Origin: Tubiluchus corallicola
Lineage: Eukaryota; Animalia; Priapulida
DNA length: 64,000 nt
Assembly: GCA_030141605.1 (NCBI GenBank)
Contig: JAQGDQ010000484.1
Coordinates: 62,001-126,000, forward strand
Reading direction: 5' to 3'
Every line of letters begins with the position of its first letter. Position 1 is the first letter of the stretch. A program made the position numbers and the translations under genes. Below, in pieces: positions 28,533 to 41,486 of the stretch. The notes under the pieces were generated by a model. The model made no database searches. It was not told the origin of the DNA and saw only the letters and a program-made list of their open reading frames with translations.

Positions 28533-28920
28533 TAGGGGTGAGCATTCTCTACCAGAAAACGAATTCGAATCGAACCGAATTTGTGACTTTCGAATTCTAA
28601 TCGAACCGAACTTTAGTGTTTCGAATTCGAATTGAGATTGAAAGATTTTCGAACAAGTTTTCGAACCACCAGTAAAAATTAGTCTTCATGCGTATCACTA
28701 GATTTTGGTCTGCAATAAAACGACTAGTAATTTGTTTAAAATTGTGTGCAGAATTCACAGCTAAATTACGCTAATTTCATGATGTTTCAATCGTTTTAAT
28801 GATCAGGAACATATGTGATTGAAGTGCTGAATTATTCGAGTCTATAGTTTTGGATTTGAATCGAGTTTGAACTAAAAAAACTCGTTCGAAGCAAATTCGA
28901 GCGTTCGATGCTCACCCCTA
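28533..28920. mobile_element. hAT-type MITE, family B (opposite orientation)
   Basis: Same TIR; perfect 8-bp TSD ctaatcac. Confidence 0.92.
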
Positions 28921-29962
28921 CTAATCACAGTGCAGTATATTTTTATATCATTAGGAGATGTCCCTGCTCTTTTCATTAGTCGCTAAAGATAAATCATGTT
29001 ACTCACTTTAGCATAAACTGAATGGAAATGGATGTGGATGTTCCATTTTAAATCTTTAGCTATTTGTAAAACCCAAAGTTTTTGTGGCTGTAGAATTTCT
29101 AACGTTATTCTATTTGATGTGATTTGGCATCGTTTTAGTTAAAGCACAAGAAAACCCTCCACTTACATAAAGCTTAAAAAATTCGTCCCGAAATTTAGTA
29201 CCTTAAATACCATCTTTTTGCATACAGGGTTTGTATCGGCAGTAACTCTGTATAAAACATGTAAATTTAAAATCCCGCCATGACCGTTAGGCGCACCCAT
29301 TTTAATTGTAGGTCGTTTAAAACAAGTTTTGATAACATTTTGTTTGAAAAATTACTCAAAGCATTCGTAGCATACATGTTGCTGATTAAGTAAAATTTTA
29401 AATTACTGTATCTTGTCAATAAGATCAAAAATGCGTTTTGGCTAGTGAGTGGCCCACCCTGGAGGGTCAGTCAGCGACATTTGACTAATTGGCACAAGCA
29501 TTTTTAATTATTAGTCTAGTTACACAAGTCTTTCCAGCATGAAAGTGAAATTCTAAGTAATATAGATTTGCACGGAAAGTGTTTTGGGTCATAATTTAAC
29601 ATTTCCTTTTCTTCCCCTGATTTACATGGCGTAGTGACGTCATGTAATGGCGCCGTCGGAACAGCATTGCGGGAGATTTAAAATGAAAACAAACGAAAAT
29701 TCCTTTCAACGCGAATACGATATAGGCATAAAATTGCTGTAAAATAGTGTAATTTTTTAAAGCGATTTTTCTGAAACCTACTTCATGTGCCCCTTTTCTT
29801 GTCCTTTAAAGATTGGGTTCCTCTTCTTTAGCATTTTCTTTTAACAAATATTTTCATATATATCACAAATTTAATTTAGCATACGTTGCATAATTTCGTT
29901 TAGAATTGCTGCCAATAGGGAGTTTTGCACTTATAAATGAACTGTAAGAATGATGAAAGTGC

Positions 29963-30215
29963 TAGTCACTCAGCATGTGGGATTTATTTTACTGTTATCA
30001 CTTAAACTGTTTGTGGTGTGCTAAAGGAAAAAACAAGTCACTCAGTATGTTATTTTACTGTTATCACTTAAACTGTTTGTAGTGTGCTAAAGGAAAGAAC
30101 AAATCACTCGGTATGTTGGGTTTATTTTACAGTTATCACTTAAACTGTTTGTGGTGTGCTAAAGGAAAGAACAAGTCACTCAGCATGTTGGATTTTTTTT
30201 TACTGTTATCACTTT
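29963..30215. repeat. ~70-bp tandem repeat, ~3.5 copies
   Basis: Unit gtcactcagcatgt..ttttactgttatcacttaaactgtttgtggtgtgctaaaggaaagaacaa. Confidence 0.9.
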
Positions 30216-30914
30216 AACTTAGAAAATAGATCGAAGAAATTTGCAAGAACTGCCTATAAAGTATAAATTTGAACTATAGAACTTCGGAATAGCAATTTTC
30301 AGGCGTGGTGGTTGCACGTCATTCAGTTGAAAATCGCAGCTTACTTAACGTTCACGCAAAAATATTACAAAATTAGCTATTCATTTTTTAAAAAAACTTA
30401 TTATACTTTTGATGAAGATTGACAGTGCGCTACTTTTCTTCAAGACGAATGACGTCATTGGAAGAAGAATTGGCATTGAAAATTGCAGCGTCCCAAGCAT
30501 GAAATGATCACGACTTTAAAGTGATTTTACTAATTACACGAGTCGCTTATTGCAATTTTATTGCTAAATCTTTCTAACATTTTTAGCGAACGTTGAAATA
30601 AGCCTAACCTCCTAAAAGGCTTGACTTTTCCTTTAATATTAACGATTTAATGTTAAAAATTTTGCCAATAAAGAACGCCACAGATTTACGAGTGAGATGG
30701 CGCTGTCGCCTTTATAACTTAATTACTAGTCGCAAGTCAGACACGAACAACTAATTAAAATAGAGCATTTGTATAAAAGTATACAAAAATATGAGAATTT
30801 AGTTCTGTTCTACATGACTCTGCGTTAAATGAAGCCGGACAAGAAGAACAAAAGCTTCAGCTGAATAAGCTAATGTTGCTTTGGTCCAATGTCTATTGTG
30901 TAAGATTCTTTTCC

Positions 30915-30944
30915 TCATAGTTCGTTTCCGTGACCAGTGGATTT
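30915..30944 (-). CDS. Putative last exon of small secreted LDLa-module protein (KSTGHGNEL*)
   Basis: Acceptor tctttttgtttaaCAG in phase 0 with the AAG|GTTAGG donor at 31803. Alternative: read-through of exon 2 to the stop at 31776. Confidence 0.5.
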   Translation of the reverse strand, partial: KSTGHGNEL

Positions 30945-31279
30945 CTGTTAAACAAAAAGAGAAACTGAAATAAATGTCTAGGAAAAGCTTATTCGTAGCA
31001 TAGTTGAGAAAGTTTTGAAGGTTTGTTTTTACAACTACGAGCATCAGTGGCGTAGCTAATAGGGGGAGCAGAGTGATCAGTTGCTCCCTCTAAGCGTATG
31101 TTTCAAAAATGGCGCCTTTTCAACAGCGCCAATAGTCATTCGTTTTGTTTGCATTTTACGTCTAAAATTTAAATAACGCATGTTCACTTGTTTATTTATG
31201 CACTACCATTAATGTAATAGCACTAGTGCTAACATTAACATTAACGTTTTTAAATAATAGTAGTGATGATGATGGTGAC

Positions 31280-31728
<449 letters not shown>

Positions 31729-31802
31729 GTGATAATATTAGTGCTCATGTTTTCAACAGTAGCTTGTGCTAAACTTTAAAGGTACAGTAAGTCTTTCCTA
31801 AC

Positions 31803-32000
31803 CTTTCTGTATTTTAATCTCTCTTTCTTTTTACATCCCTCTTTTTCGTCGACGCCTTTATAGCAGTCAGGTTGTCCGTCGCAGAGGCTCTCAATGGGTA
31901 GACGAGAATAGCCAGCAGCATCCTTGGTCAGTTTACAAGCAAAATGACCCTTTTCCTCGTCCACTAATAAATACGAATCATCTTCACCATCTGACTTAAC
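31803..32000 (-). CDS. Small secreted LDLa-module protein, exon 2
   Basis: Acceptor attttctCAG; VKSDGEDDSYLLVDEEKGHFACKLTKDAAGYSRLPIESLCDGQPDCYKGVDEKEGCKKKERLKYRK contains the LDLa signature CDGxxDCxxGxDExxxC. Confidence 0.8.
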
Positions 32001-32095
32001 CTGAGAAAATTTAATAATCAGTTTAATCAGCTATTTTCACAGTTTCGTTATGCGCAGGCGCAGCTGCGTTACACGTACTGACCAATACACTTAGA

Positions 32096-32098
<3 letters not shown>

Positions 32099-32136
<38 letters not shown>

Positions 32137-32285
32137 GTCAGTCAGTCAGTCAGTCAGTCAGTCAGTCAGTCAGTCAGTCAGTCAGTCAGTCAGTCAGTCA
32201 GTCAGTCAGTCAGTCAGTCAGTCAGTCAGTCAGTCAGTCAGTCAGTCAGTCAGTCAGTCAGTCAGTCAGTCAGTCAGTCAGTCAG

Positions 32286-32322
<37 letters not shown>
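32099..32322. repeat. (CAAT)n(CAGT)n(CAAT)n compound microsatellite
   Basis: Direct reading. Confidence 0.97.
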
Positions 32323-32639
32323 TTATTTCACTCCAGCAATACATATACAATACATCAACATACAATATTATTGAAAAAAAAAGAAACAGTATAGGTAAAA
32401 AAACGTTGATGAAGTCAAATTAACCAAATAAAAGAGTTGCTGTATGACACCTTGAAAGCTTGGCTTGTTAACGTGGCACAAATGAGTGAATGAAAGAATG
32501 GTTAGGGTCAGAAGAAATGATAGAATGGAAAAAAAAGTAAGATTAGGGATAGGAAGAAGGAAAAGAGGAGAAGAAACGACCACAGTGTCGTTAATTTACA
32601 CAGACCTATATGTTTAATTTACATAGAGCTATATTAAAA

Positions 32640-32850
32640 TAGCATTATAATTGATTGGAGGCCATATATTGCGACTGCATGACTGCTTTGTGGCCAGAAA
32701 CACAAATATGGTCAATAATGCCGGATTGAGGAGAATTCTTTACTTTTTTGCCAGTTGTAAACGAAATACCCAGATGTTCACTAATTCTTGCAAGACACAC
32801 TACTGTATAGCGCCATTGAAAGCGCTTTGTTTGAACGTACACCTTGTAAA
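32640..32850 (-). mobile_element. Penelope-like element GIY-YIG endonuclease fragment
   Basis: YVQTKR...ARISEHLGISFTTGK...SGIIDHICVSGH resembles the Penelope GIY-YIG region (RxxEH...I.DH); degenerate. Confidence 0.6.
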
Positions 32851-32926
32851 ATATATTTTATTATTTATTATTATTGATTGCGTATATTAATTAGTCGCTT
32901 GTCTAATGATAAAAAATCTCTCTCAC

Positions 32927-32989
32927 CTGTCTCACGAGAACCAGTAAGCATAGCAGAGAGGCACAAGACAGCAAAATTATTGATTGCAT
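32927..32989 (-). CDS. Small secreted LDLa-module protein, coding exon 1 (signal peptide)
   Basis: MQSIILLSCASLLCLLVLVRQ; acceptor taattgCAG 2 nt before ATG; donor CAG|GTGAGA in phase 0 with exon 2. Confidence 0.78.
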
Positions 32990-35900
32990 ACCTGCAATTA
33001 GCAAATGTTTGTTAAATTCGCAACATTTACATAATAAGTTGTTATAAATTACATAAAGTACTAATAATTACTTATGATAATGTATAGGCAGCATGTATAC
33101 TGTGTATCTATTATTGTGATGTGATGTAATAAATCAATTTAAATTGAACTTAAATTTTGAAACGCCTTGTTCGGTTTTTCAGTCTGAATTTTAATTGAAA
33201 TAACTCACGAAACGTTTTTTTGCTATTCTGTGGCACTATTCTGTTTATAAGTTATAAGTTTATTTATTTCCACTCTGCATCTAATAGTTATAACAAAAAT
33301 ACAGATAATTTCACTGAAGTAAATATAAATATAAATGCAATATAATCCAGAAATTACAAAAGAGATTCTTATGCAGCATATACATGTGCAAATTACATTA
33401 CAGAGTAATTTTAATGCATACAGTTTGAGCCTAAAAGCATAGTTTGATAAGCCAAACTGTACGTGGAAATCTTAAAGTGATTAATAATTGAAATAATGAT
33501 AATATATACATAAATTTGGGGGGAGGGGTGATAATATTATCAACATCATATTTTCCTATCAGCAAAGCATTCTCAAATATAAACTTAAAGAAACATTTTA
33601 GGGACAATTTTGAAGGCATTGGTTGTCAAAAAGCGTAAAAGTAATGCACAAATTCAACAGAAATAATAAAATTGTCATGAAGCTCACGATTTTTTTAATC
33701 TTATTTTTTATTAGCTGTTAATTATGATCATTAGTCATTTTATTACATTCTCTTGTTAAAACATTAAAAATCCCACACAAGAAATTTCAGCTATAAAATA
33801 AGTCTATTTCTTTATATACAGTGTAAACTTTCATCCTTGAACTAGTATGCACAACATTTACCTTCATTGAATTGCTGGCTTCCTTGCTTCATGAAAAACT
33901 TACCTGGGCAGTTGGCTTTCAGAGATCATTTAGTAAGCATGTGACTTAAACTGAGAGAGCAATGTATAGTGTTATTGAGGATTTATATAAATAAAGCTCA
34001 CCTGTATTTTACTTGAATTCTACCTGTATTCTAGTGTCTTAGCAATTACCTTCAGAACTTCTTCATAAAAATTGCATTCCATACATTACTCACCTATTGT
34101 TTGAGCCAATCGTTTTCCACAGACGTGTAACAGTTTACATCAAACTGTACTACAGCACACGAGGTTAAGAATGGACCAGCAACATTGCATTCTTTTAGCC
34201 ATAAATTGCTGTCAAGGTTCACCGTTCGTCTCGCAACAATGCACAGTGTTTCCACGTAACCAAATACTAACTCGTACTTGTACCTGCACAATGTTTCCAC
34301 GTAACCCTGGCTCGTACTTCTACCTGCATGCTAGATGATAGCGATGACTTACGATGCAATATACCAATAATTTCCAGATTAGTGAATGCGTCTTTGTATT
34401 GATTACACTCATCTACTGATAACCTTCAGCTAGATAAACACTATAGACGGTTCTCTATACGAATAAAAATCGACAAATTTTTTCGTTACGTTAAAATGAA
34501 ATCGTTATATAAATTATAGTGTAAAATATGTATATATTTTTAATTTATTCTTAATAGGTGTTGTGAAAGTTAAAATTGTGGTTTCGATGTATATATGTAA
34601 AAGTTATGTAAAAGTTAAATAGCCAAACTGAAATACTGCTAAAGTATGTACGTATGTACAAAATTGGCATTATGTATAATATTGTTGTCGTAAATAGCTA
34701 TTTTGAATTTTGAAAACGAACCCCTGCCAACTACATGATGAGAGCAGTTGTATTGATATAAAAATTTATATATAACGACAGTTAAAATTCCTTATTAATA
34801 ATAAGGAAATGAATATTATTTTTTGCATCATTTTTATCCTTATTCCGTGACCTTTCAACTTTTGGGAAAAATCCACAGTATTAATCAGCAAAACATCTTT
34901 ACAAACAAGAGGAAAAAGATGTTGTATTTTTTACAGACATTACTTGACCTCTTTTTTTAATAGAGACTTGTTATTATAGGCTTTTCAATGAACAGACTCA
35001 CTAATCGATGCCTTGTATTCGATTACCCCCACCATCAGCTTGAGTTGAGTCTTGCTAGTCGTTCTGAAGAGGTACCGAGAATCTTGAACCGCTGCTAGTA
35101 ATTAAAATTCACCTTGGCTCAAAAAGCTCACAGTGAATATTCACCTAAAGCAAAACCGGATCCAATCTTAAAGTGTAGGTCAAAACAATCTACTCTTTAA
35201 AATATTGGAAGCGTACTATTTTTTCAAGAATGAGTTACGTGAAAAAATTATTGCCACACAAACGCTATTTCACGTTCTCGCCACTAGTTCTTCACTGTTA
35301 CATGCATTTTGTTATTCACTTGCGCTTGAATTTCGGAAGCGCATTGCATAAAAAACAGGTGCTGTACCTCTCAGTTCAAATGTGTAGGTTTGTGACGAAC
35401 TGCACACGTTTAACAGCTCATGCGTGAGCACAGTGGTAAATTTGAAATGTGACGAGTTTTTAACTCACATATCTTACAGTAGCACTGTACATATCATATA
35501 TATATGTTTATTGACTGATTAAGAGATAGTCGAACGTGATATTTTGGTTCAGTCCATAGTTCACTACAAAAAAGGATTTTTGATCATATAACGTGATCAT
35601 TCCTGTCAAAAAATAGCTAAAGAATTATTTACACATTCTCACTACACTTACTATCACATAACATGATCATTACTGTCCAACAATCGCTAAAGAGTTATTT
35701 ACAAATTCACAATATGACATTGGTTTTCCATTGAAAATTTCATGCAGATCGTTGAAGTTCAGTTCAGTGTTATCTTCACGAAGGTGATTCGTAAGTGGAC
35801 AAAAACAGATAACAAAAAACATGTTATATTCATTAGCCATTTTTAAATATGTTTATTTCGTTATTGAAAGTTAACAAATTTCAGCTTTTACTCATGCAAA

Positions 35901-37144
35901 CTGTTAATGGTATCCGTGAAATGCATCATCTTAGTAGATATTATGGTTTAGTTTCGTATACTCTCATATCTCGGTTTACCGGACTTCACTTTTACGGATA
36001 TTGGAAGACTCGGACAAAATCTGGACAATTACTACGGACGAAGTCCGTTGTTGCGCAACCTGGCTGCTAGTTAGCGGGCTGTAACTTTGTTTACATCGTT
36101 ACATCAGTGTAACCACGTGTATATCTCTATATAAAGTCATAAGTCATTTATTTCACCTTACACATTTACAATAGTTTCATGTACAATATCTAGTGAAAGG
36201 GTCTACAATGGATATAATACAAATAAGGAATACTGCACCGGAAAAGCCTCAAACACTGTTCACTTATACACGAAGGTAAATGCGTTGCGGGCAATCAAAA
36301 AGCAGGGATTTTCCCACAAAGTGATAGAAAAAAAGTAATGGAGATAATCTGAAATTTTAAAGTGAATCGTGATAAAAAACATTAGTGCTTAAAATGGAAT
36401 GATGTAATGAATGAAGCTCATAAATGGGATGATATAAAAGATAGAAAGACTATTATTTGTTAATAAACAAATATACAATCAATTATGCGGAGTTAATTGC
36501 TGACAGTTTTTATATACTTTTCCACAGGAATGGCCCTTACTAAACTTTTTTGAAACAATTATGTGATTAATTCTATATTACTGGGAGTCTAAAACACGGA
36601 GCCTAGTGTATTAGCTTAGGAACGGTAAATACGGCCAATCAGCAAAATTGGACCATTGTCTCCCCGCTTTTGTCCGACAAACCGAGATACGAGTGTAGTT
36701 TGTCTGCCAGAGTACGTGTAATGTATCCATGCAATAAAAATAAATTGAATTGAGTTGGCGGCCCGACAAAATAACGCGTGCTGACTAATAACAAATACAA
36801 TCTAGTAGTGTCGTGTGCTAAGGATTTTTGTTTGTTAAATAACCAAAATAGTTTGTTCTTGCAATATGACTAATAATAGTTAAATGTGCGTTTTGATTAG
36901 ATTAAGTTAACTACCTGTTCTTACTTGTAAGGTGGTGACATCTGTCTTCAATATTAGCGACCTAGTTTTAAATACCTGTGATTCAAGTTTCAATGTGTTC
37001 AAAGCAGTGATGACGTATTGACAAATTTTCTGTGTCAGTCACGATTTGATGCCAAAGATGTATGTATATTTTGTTTAATTTTATTTAGTTATATACTGAA
37101 AGTTTCGTATTAATTTCACTTAATGGTAATTGACATTATGATAA

Positions 37145-37530
37145 GAAATCAATTAGTTGTACGATTACTTAAGACTAATGCATTTTATATCAGTTAGAAA
37201 CTACTGGAAGCGTTTAGTATGTAATATAAAGTCATGTATAAATATTCCAATGTAAACATGACTTTATATTACGTACTAAACGCTTCCAGTAGTTTCTATC
37301 TGATATAAAATGCATTAGTCTTAAATAATCGTACATTAATATTTTCTAACCGTCATTTTCTACTAATGTCTAATGTATTCTTGTAGTAAAACTTGTCAGC
37401 TTGTGTAGTTATAGTTTATTCTTACTGTAAATGTTCTTGTAAATAGTGTATAAAGTCTGTTGTGGTGAGGATCCTAAATCATGTTGTTCAAACTGTCTGA
37501 TCCAATCCTAAATTAATTATGTTTAAACTA
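37145..37530 (+). mobile_element. LINE family E 3' end with 5' inverted (foldback) duplication
   Basis: ~37150-37237 is the reverse complement of ~37256-37340; the remainder matches 16022-16290. Confidence 0.8.
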
Positions 37531-37934
37531 AATCAATTAGTTTATTAAAAGAATTTGCATTTCATTCCAGATAAAATGTATAATTTTGGGAAATGGCGTC
37601 TCAATGCATGTCAAATATGAGGCAAAATGACGAAGGGGCATGTGCTGTGATGATGGTGTACAAACAATAAAATATTATACTAAGCAGTACTTGATGACTT
37701 TGTTTGTTTGTCACTATAAAACCCAAACAGTCGTACAAGACATAATATTAATGATAACAGCATGAATACTACATACTCTTCAAAACAGTAAGCAAATGCT
37801 TTACAATTTGGTCTGACTCACAAAACTGCATCAAATATCACTAAAATTCAATGAGTTACAACATCATTAAAACTAATGAAACAAATATGTTTGAAAAACA
37901 GTAACATTCGATTATTGTCACTAACAATAACAAT

Positions 37935-38345
37935 AAGCCCTTTCACAGTTCCAGTGATTGATGATGATCATGAAAAGATCAGCGATTAATTGTACCAGAC
38001 AACGCATTTGTGTACACTTGACGACATCTTGCAGCCTATGCAGTCGTAATAGTAACAGTGTTTACGGCTAACTAGAACCTCACCTAGTTCATTTTTTCTT
38101 GTGCGCAAGCAGGATTCTGCTAGTAAATCACTCTACGCATAGACTAATGCATAATTAAGTAAAGTCCATGTAACAGAACTGACATTACTGAACTGTTGCA
38201 GCAGACGGCTTTCTTTACCACGTGTCATGTGACGGTTGTAGTTAAGATGCATTGCTATGGTACACTCAACCTTTGAAATTTTCATGATCATCGTCAATCG
38301 CTGGAATTGTGTACAGCAAATGCGCATGAACACAGTGAAAGAGCG
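37935..38345. mobile_element. MITE family C
   Basis: agccctttcacagttcc ... cagtgaaagagc; colinear with 8398-8765. Confidence 0.7.
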
Positions 38346-38543
38346 TATTTATAAAAACTATTAATGTTTGGTCTGAAAAACAAGTTGTGCACCAAACAGC
38401 GTTAAAAAATCTACCAATAGCGGATATTTGATCACTGCATCAAAAAAACAGAGCACTGGTCACTGTTAATTGCACAGCAGGTATCATTTTTAAGGTCTGA
38501 CTGTGCATGCATTATCATATACTCCTTTAAACTAGATGTTTGA

Positions 38544-41486
38544 TCAACGCGACAGAAAAACAGAGCACTGGTCACTTTTAATTGTACAGCAGGTATCACT
38601 TTTAAGGTCTGTCTGTGAATGCATTATCATATGCGCCTTTAAACTAGTCGAACAAGTGAACGTCATTTTACATTCGCTACATGGAAACTGTTTTGCCGCT
38701 TTATGAACTCTCTTATACGTCTTGAAACTAGTCGAACGCAGCGGCGTTGTGTTTTGCTGCACTGGATTGTCCTGACGTTCGCTGCTGCTCGCTGCGGAAT
38801 GGACATTGTTGATGTGGAGGTGCAGGGCGCATTCACGTTTAAAACCTGCTCCGCATTCCACGCATTTGTACTGCGTGTTGCCAGCATGTATTTTCATGTG
38901 TGACCTTAAATTTATAACGTAAGAGAAGGCTGCAGTGCACTCGCTGCATTTGTAAGGTTTTTTGTGTGCGTGAGTCTTCATGTGGTAACTTAAAGCGTGT
39001 GAGTGAGTGAATGATGCAGGGCACTCTGTACATTTAAACGTTTGTTCTTCAATATGAACACTTATGTGGCGCTTTAAATTTTCCATAGAAGCAAACTCAC
39101 TATTGCAATGCTCACATCTAAATGGCTTCTCACCAGGATGAAATGTTAAGTGAGATTTTAGATCACTTGAATGAGTAAAGGCTGCGGGGCATACCTCACA
39201 TTTGTATGGTTTGTGAGCGGTGTGCCTTTTCATATGACACTTTAAACTGGTGAGCTGAATAAATGCAGCTTCACATTCAGAACATTTGTATGGCTTCTCA
39301 CCAGTGTGAGTTTTCAAGTGAGCTTTGAGAGTACCCGATTGACTAAAGGCTGCATCACATTCGATGCACTTGTAAGGCCGTTCACCAGTGTGAGTTCTGA
39401 AATGCAATTGCAGATTGCTAAGACAAGTAAACGAGCTCTCACATTCAGTACATTTAAATGGCTGCTCACTTTTAAGGTCTGTCTGTGCATGCATTATCAT
39501 ATGCTCCTTTAAACTAGTCGAACAAGTGAACGTCATTTTACATTCGCTACATGGAAACTGTTTCGCCGCTTTATGAACTCTCTTATACGTCTTAAAATTA
39601 GTCGAACGCAGCGGTGTTGTGTTTTGCTGCACCGGATTGTCCTGACGTTCACTGCTGCTCGCTGTGGAATGGACATTGTTGATGTGGAGGTGCAGGGCGC
39701 ATTCACGTTTAAAACCTGCTCCGCATTCCACGCACTTGAACTGTGTGTTGCCAGCATGTATTTTCATGTGCGACTTTAAATTTATAACATAAGTGAAGGC
39801 TGCAGTGCACTCGCTGCATTTGTAAGGTTTTTTGTGTGCGTGAGTCTTCATGTGGTAACTTAAAGCATGTGAGTGAGTGAATGATGCAGGGCACTCTGTA
39901 CATTTATACGTTTGTTCTTCAATATGAACCCTTATGTGGCGCCTTAAATTTGCCATAGAAGCAAACTCACTATTGCAATGCTCACACCTAAATGGCTTCT
40001 CACCAGGATGAAAGGTCAAGTGGGATTTTAGATCACTTGAATGAGTGAAGGCTGCGGGGCATACCTCACACTTGTATGGTTTGCGAGCTGTGTGCCTTTT
40101 CATATGACACTTTAAACTGGTGAGCTGAATAAATGCAGCTTCACATTCAGAACATTTGTATGGCTTCTCACCAGTGTGAGTTTTCAAGTGAGCTTTTAGA
40201 GTACCCGATTGACTAAAGGCTGCATCACATTCGATGCACTTGTAAGGCCGCTCACCAGTGTGAGTTCTGAAATGCGATTTCAGATTGCTAAGACAAGTAA
40301 ACGAGCTCTCACATTCAGTACATTTAAATGGCCGCTCACCAGTGTGAGTTTTCATATGGTTTTTAAGACCACCTGGTTGAGTATACGCAGCGTCACATAC
40401 AGTACACTTGAATGGTTTCTCGCCAGTGTGCGTCCTTTTATGGGAATCTAAATTGCCTTGGTAAAAAAAGGCGGCTTCACAATAGTTGCACTTGTAGGGC
40501 CGCTTACCAGTATGAATGTTAGCGTGCTCCTTGAGTCTTTGCGAACTAGTGTATGCCGCATCACACAGTGTACACTTAAATGGCTTTTCGCCAGTGTGAA
40601 CTCTCATGTGCTTTTTTAAATGACTAGGATACTCAAAGACGGCACCACATTCGTTGCATTTCAATGGCTCTTTGTCCCTATGCACCCGCATGTGGGATTT
40701 CAGAGCTCCCACGTGGATAAAATTAACTTCACATATTGCACATCTATACTTATTGGTTCTGAAATTTGCCACAGCCCTGGGAACTTCTACAATGGCTGAA
40801 TTATCCCACATCCCGTGTCCTACACGCGGCATTTTAGAACTTGTCCGCGGCGCATCTGTTTTACCCGACGACGAACGAAGCTTCTTTCGCGCATCTCCGC
40901 ATTCTTGATAATATTTTTTCATGTCACTCTCCGACAATCTTCTTTTCCTGGGTGGTTTGTCGTCCCCACGAAGAACATGAAGCCTAACATGCTCCTCTAG
41001 ATCGGCCAGCTGACCGAACAAGACTTCGCAATGGTCACACTTGTAAGGTCGATCTTCAGCATGAGTCATCATGTGATATTTTAACTTGCCCGATGAAGTG
41101 AATGTTACCTCACACTCACAACATTTAAACTGTCGCTCGCTTTTTAAAGCTCTCTTGTACGTTTTGACGCTAGGATTTTGCGATTGAGCTACACCAAGTT
41201 CCCGACTGCTATGAGTTTTAGACGAACCCTTTTCATCGCTTGAGGAATCAACAAATGAATTACTGTTATGCAGAAAACATTGTTCTTGTTTAAAACATGA
41301 AATTGGTGAAACAGCTTTGTCCACTCGCTCGGTCTTTACCGCAAATTCGTCGAGACCACCAACAACAACTGAAGAATGGTTTCCGTAACAATCCGTGTCG
41401 GACTGTTCGTGTTGCGCACTTTGTTCGTAGGTCACATAATCATCGGGTTCGGTTTTTATACTTGTTACTGATACCTCATTAGCCAT
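38544..41486 (-). CDS. C2H2 zinc-finger protein, 980 aa, 25 fingers, single coding exon
   Basis: Repeated CxxC-x12-HxxxH with TGE(K/R)P linkers. Probable start MANEVSVTSIKTEPDD at 41486, 14 nt after acceptor gtgCAG (41501). No KRAB/ZAD/SCAN domain evident. Confidence 0.95.
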   Translation of the reverse strand: MANEVSVTSIKTEPDDYVTYEQSAQHEQSDTDCYGNHSSVVVGGLDEFAVKTERVDKAVSPISCFKQEQCFLHNSNSFVDSSSDEKGSSKTHSSRELGVAQSQNPSVKTYKRALKSERQFKCCECEVTFTSSGKLKYHMMTHAEDRPYKCDHCEVLFGQLADLEEHVRLHVLRGDDKPPRKRRLSESDMKKYYQECGDARKKLRSSSGKTDAPRTSSKMPRVGHGMWDNSAIVEVPRAVANFRTNKYRCAICEVNFIHVGALKSHMRVHRDKEPLKCNECGAVFEYPSHLKKHMRVHTGEKPFKCTLCDAAYTSSQRLKEHANIHTGKRPYKCNYCEAAFFYQGNLDSHKRTHTGEKPFKCTVCDAAYTQPGGLKNHMKTHTGERPFKCTECESSFTCLSNLKSHFRTHTGERPYKCIECDAAFSQSGTLKAHLKTHTGEKPYKCSECEAAFIQLTSLKCHMKRHTARKPYKCEVCPAAFTHSSDLKSHLTFHPGEKPFRCEHCNSEFASMANLRRHIRVHIEEQTYKCTECPASFTHSHALSYHMKTHAHKKPYKCSECTAAFTYVINLKSHMKIHAGNTQFKCVECGAGFKRECALHLHINNVHSTASSSERQDNPVQQNTTPLRSTNFKTYKRVHKAAKQFPCSECKMTFTCSTSLKEHMIMHAQTDLKSEQPFKCTECESSFTCLSNLQLHFRTHTGERPYKCIECDAAFSQSGTLKAHLKTHTGEKPYKCSECEAAFIQLTSLKCHMKRHTAHKPYKCEVCPAAFTHSSDLKSHLTFHPGEKPFRCEHCNSEFASMENLKRHISVHIEEQTFKCTECPASFTHSHALSYHMKTHAHKKPYKCSECTAAFSYVINLRSHMKIHAGNTQYKCVECGAGFKRECALHLHINNVHSAASSSERQDNPVQQNTTPLRSTSFKTYKRVHKAAKQFPCSECKMTFTCSTSLKAHMIMHSQTDLKSDTCCTIKSDQCSVFLSR

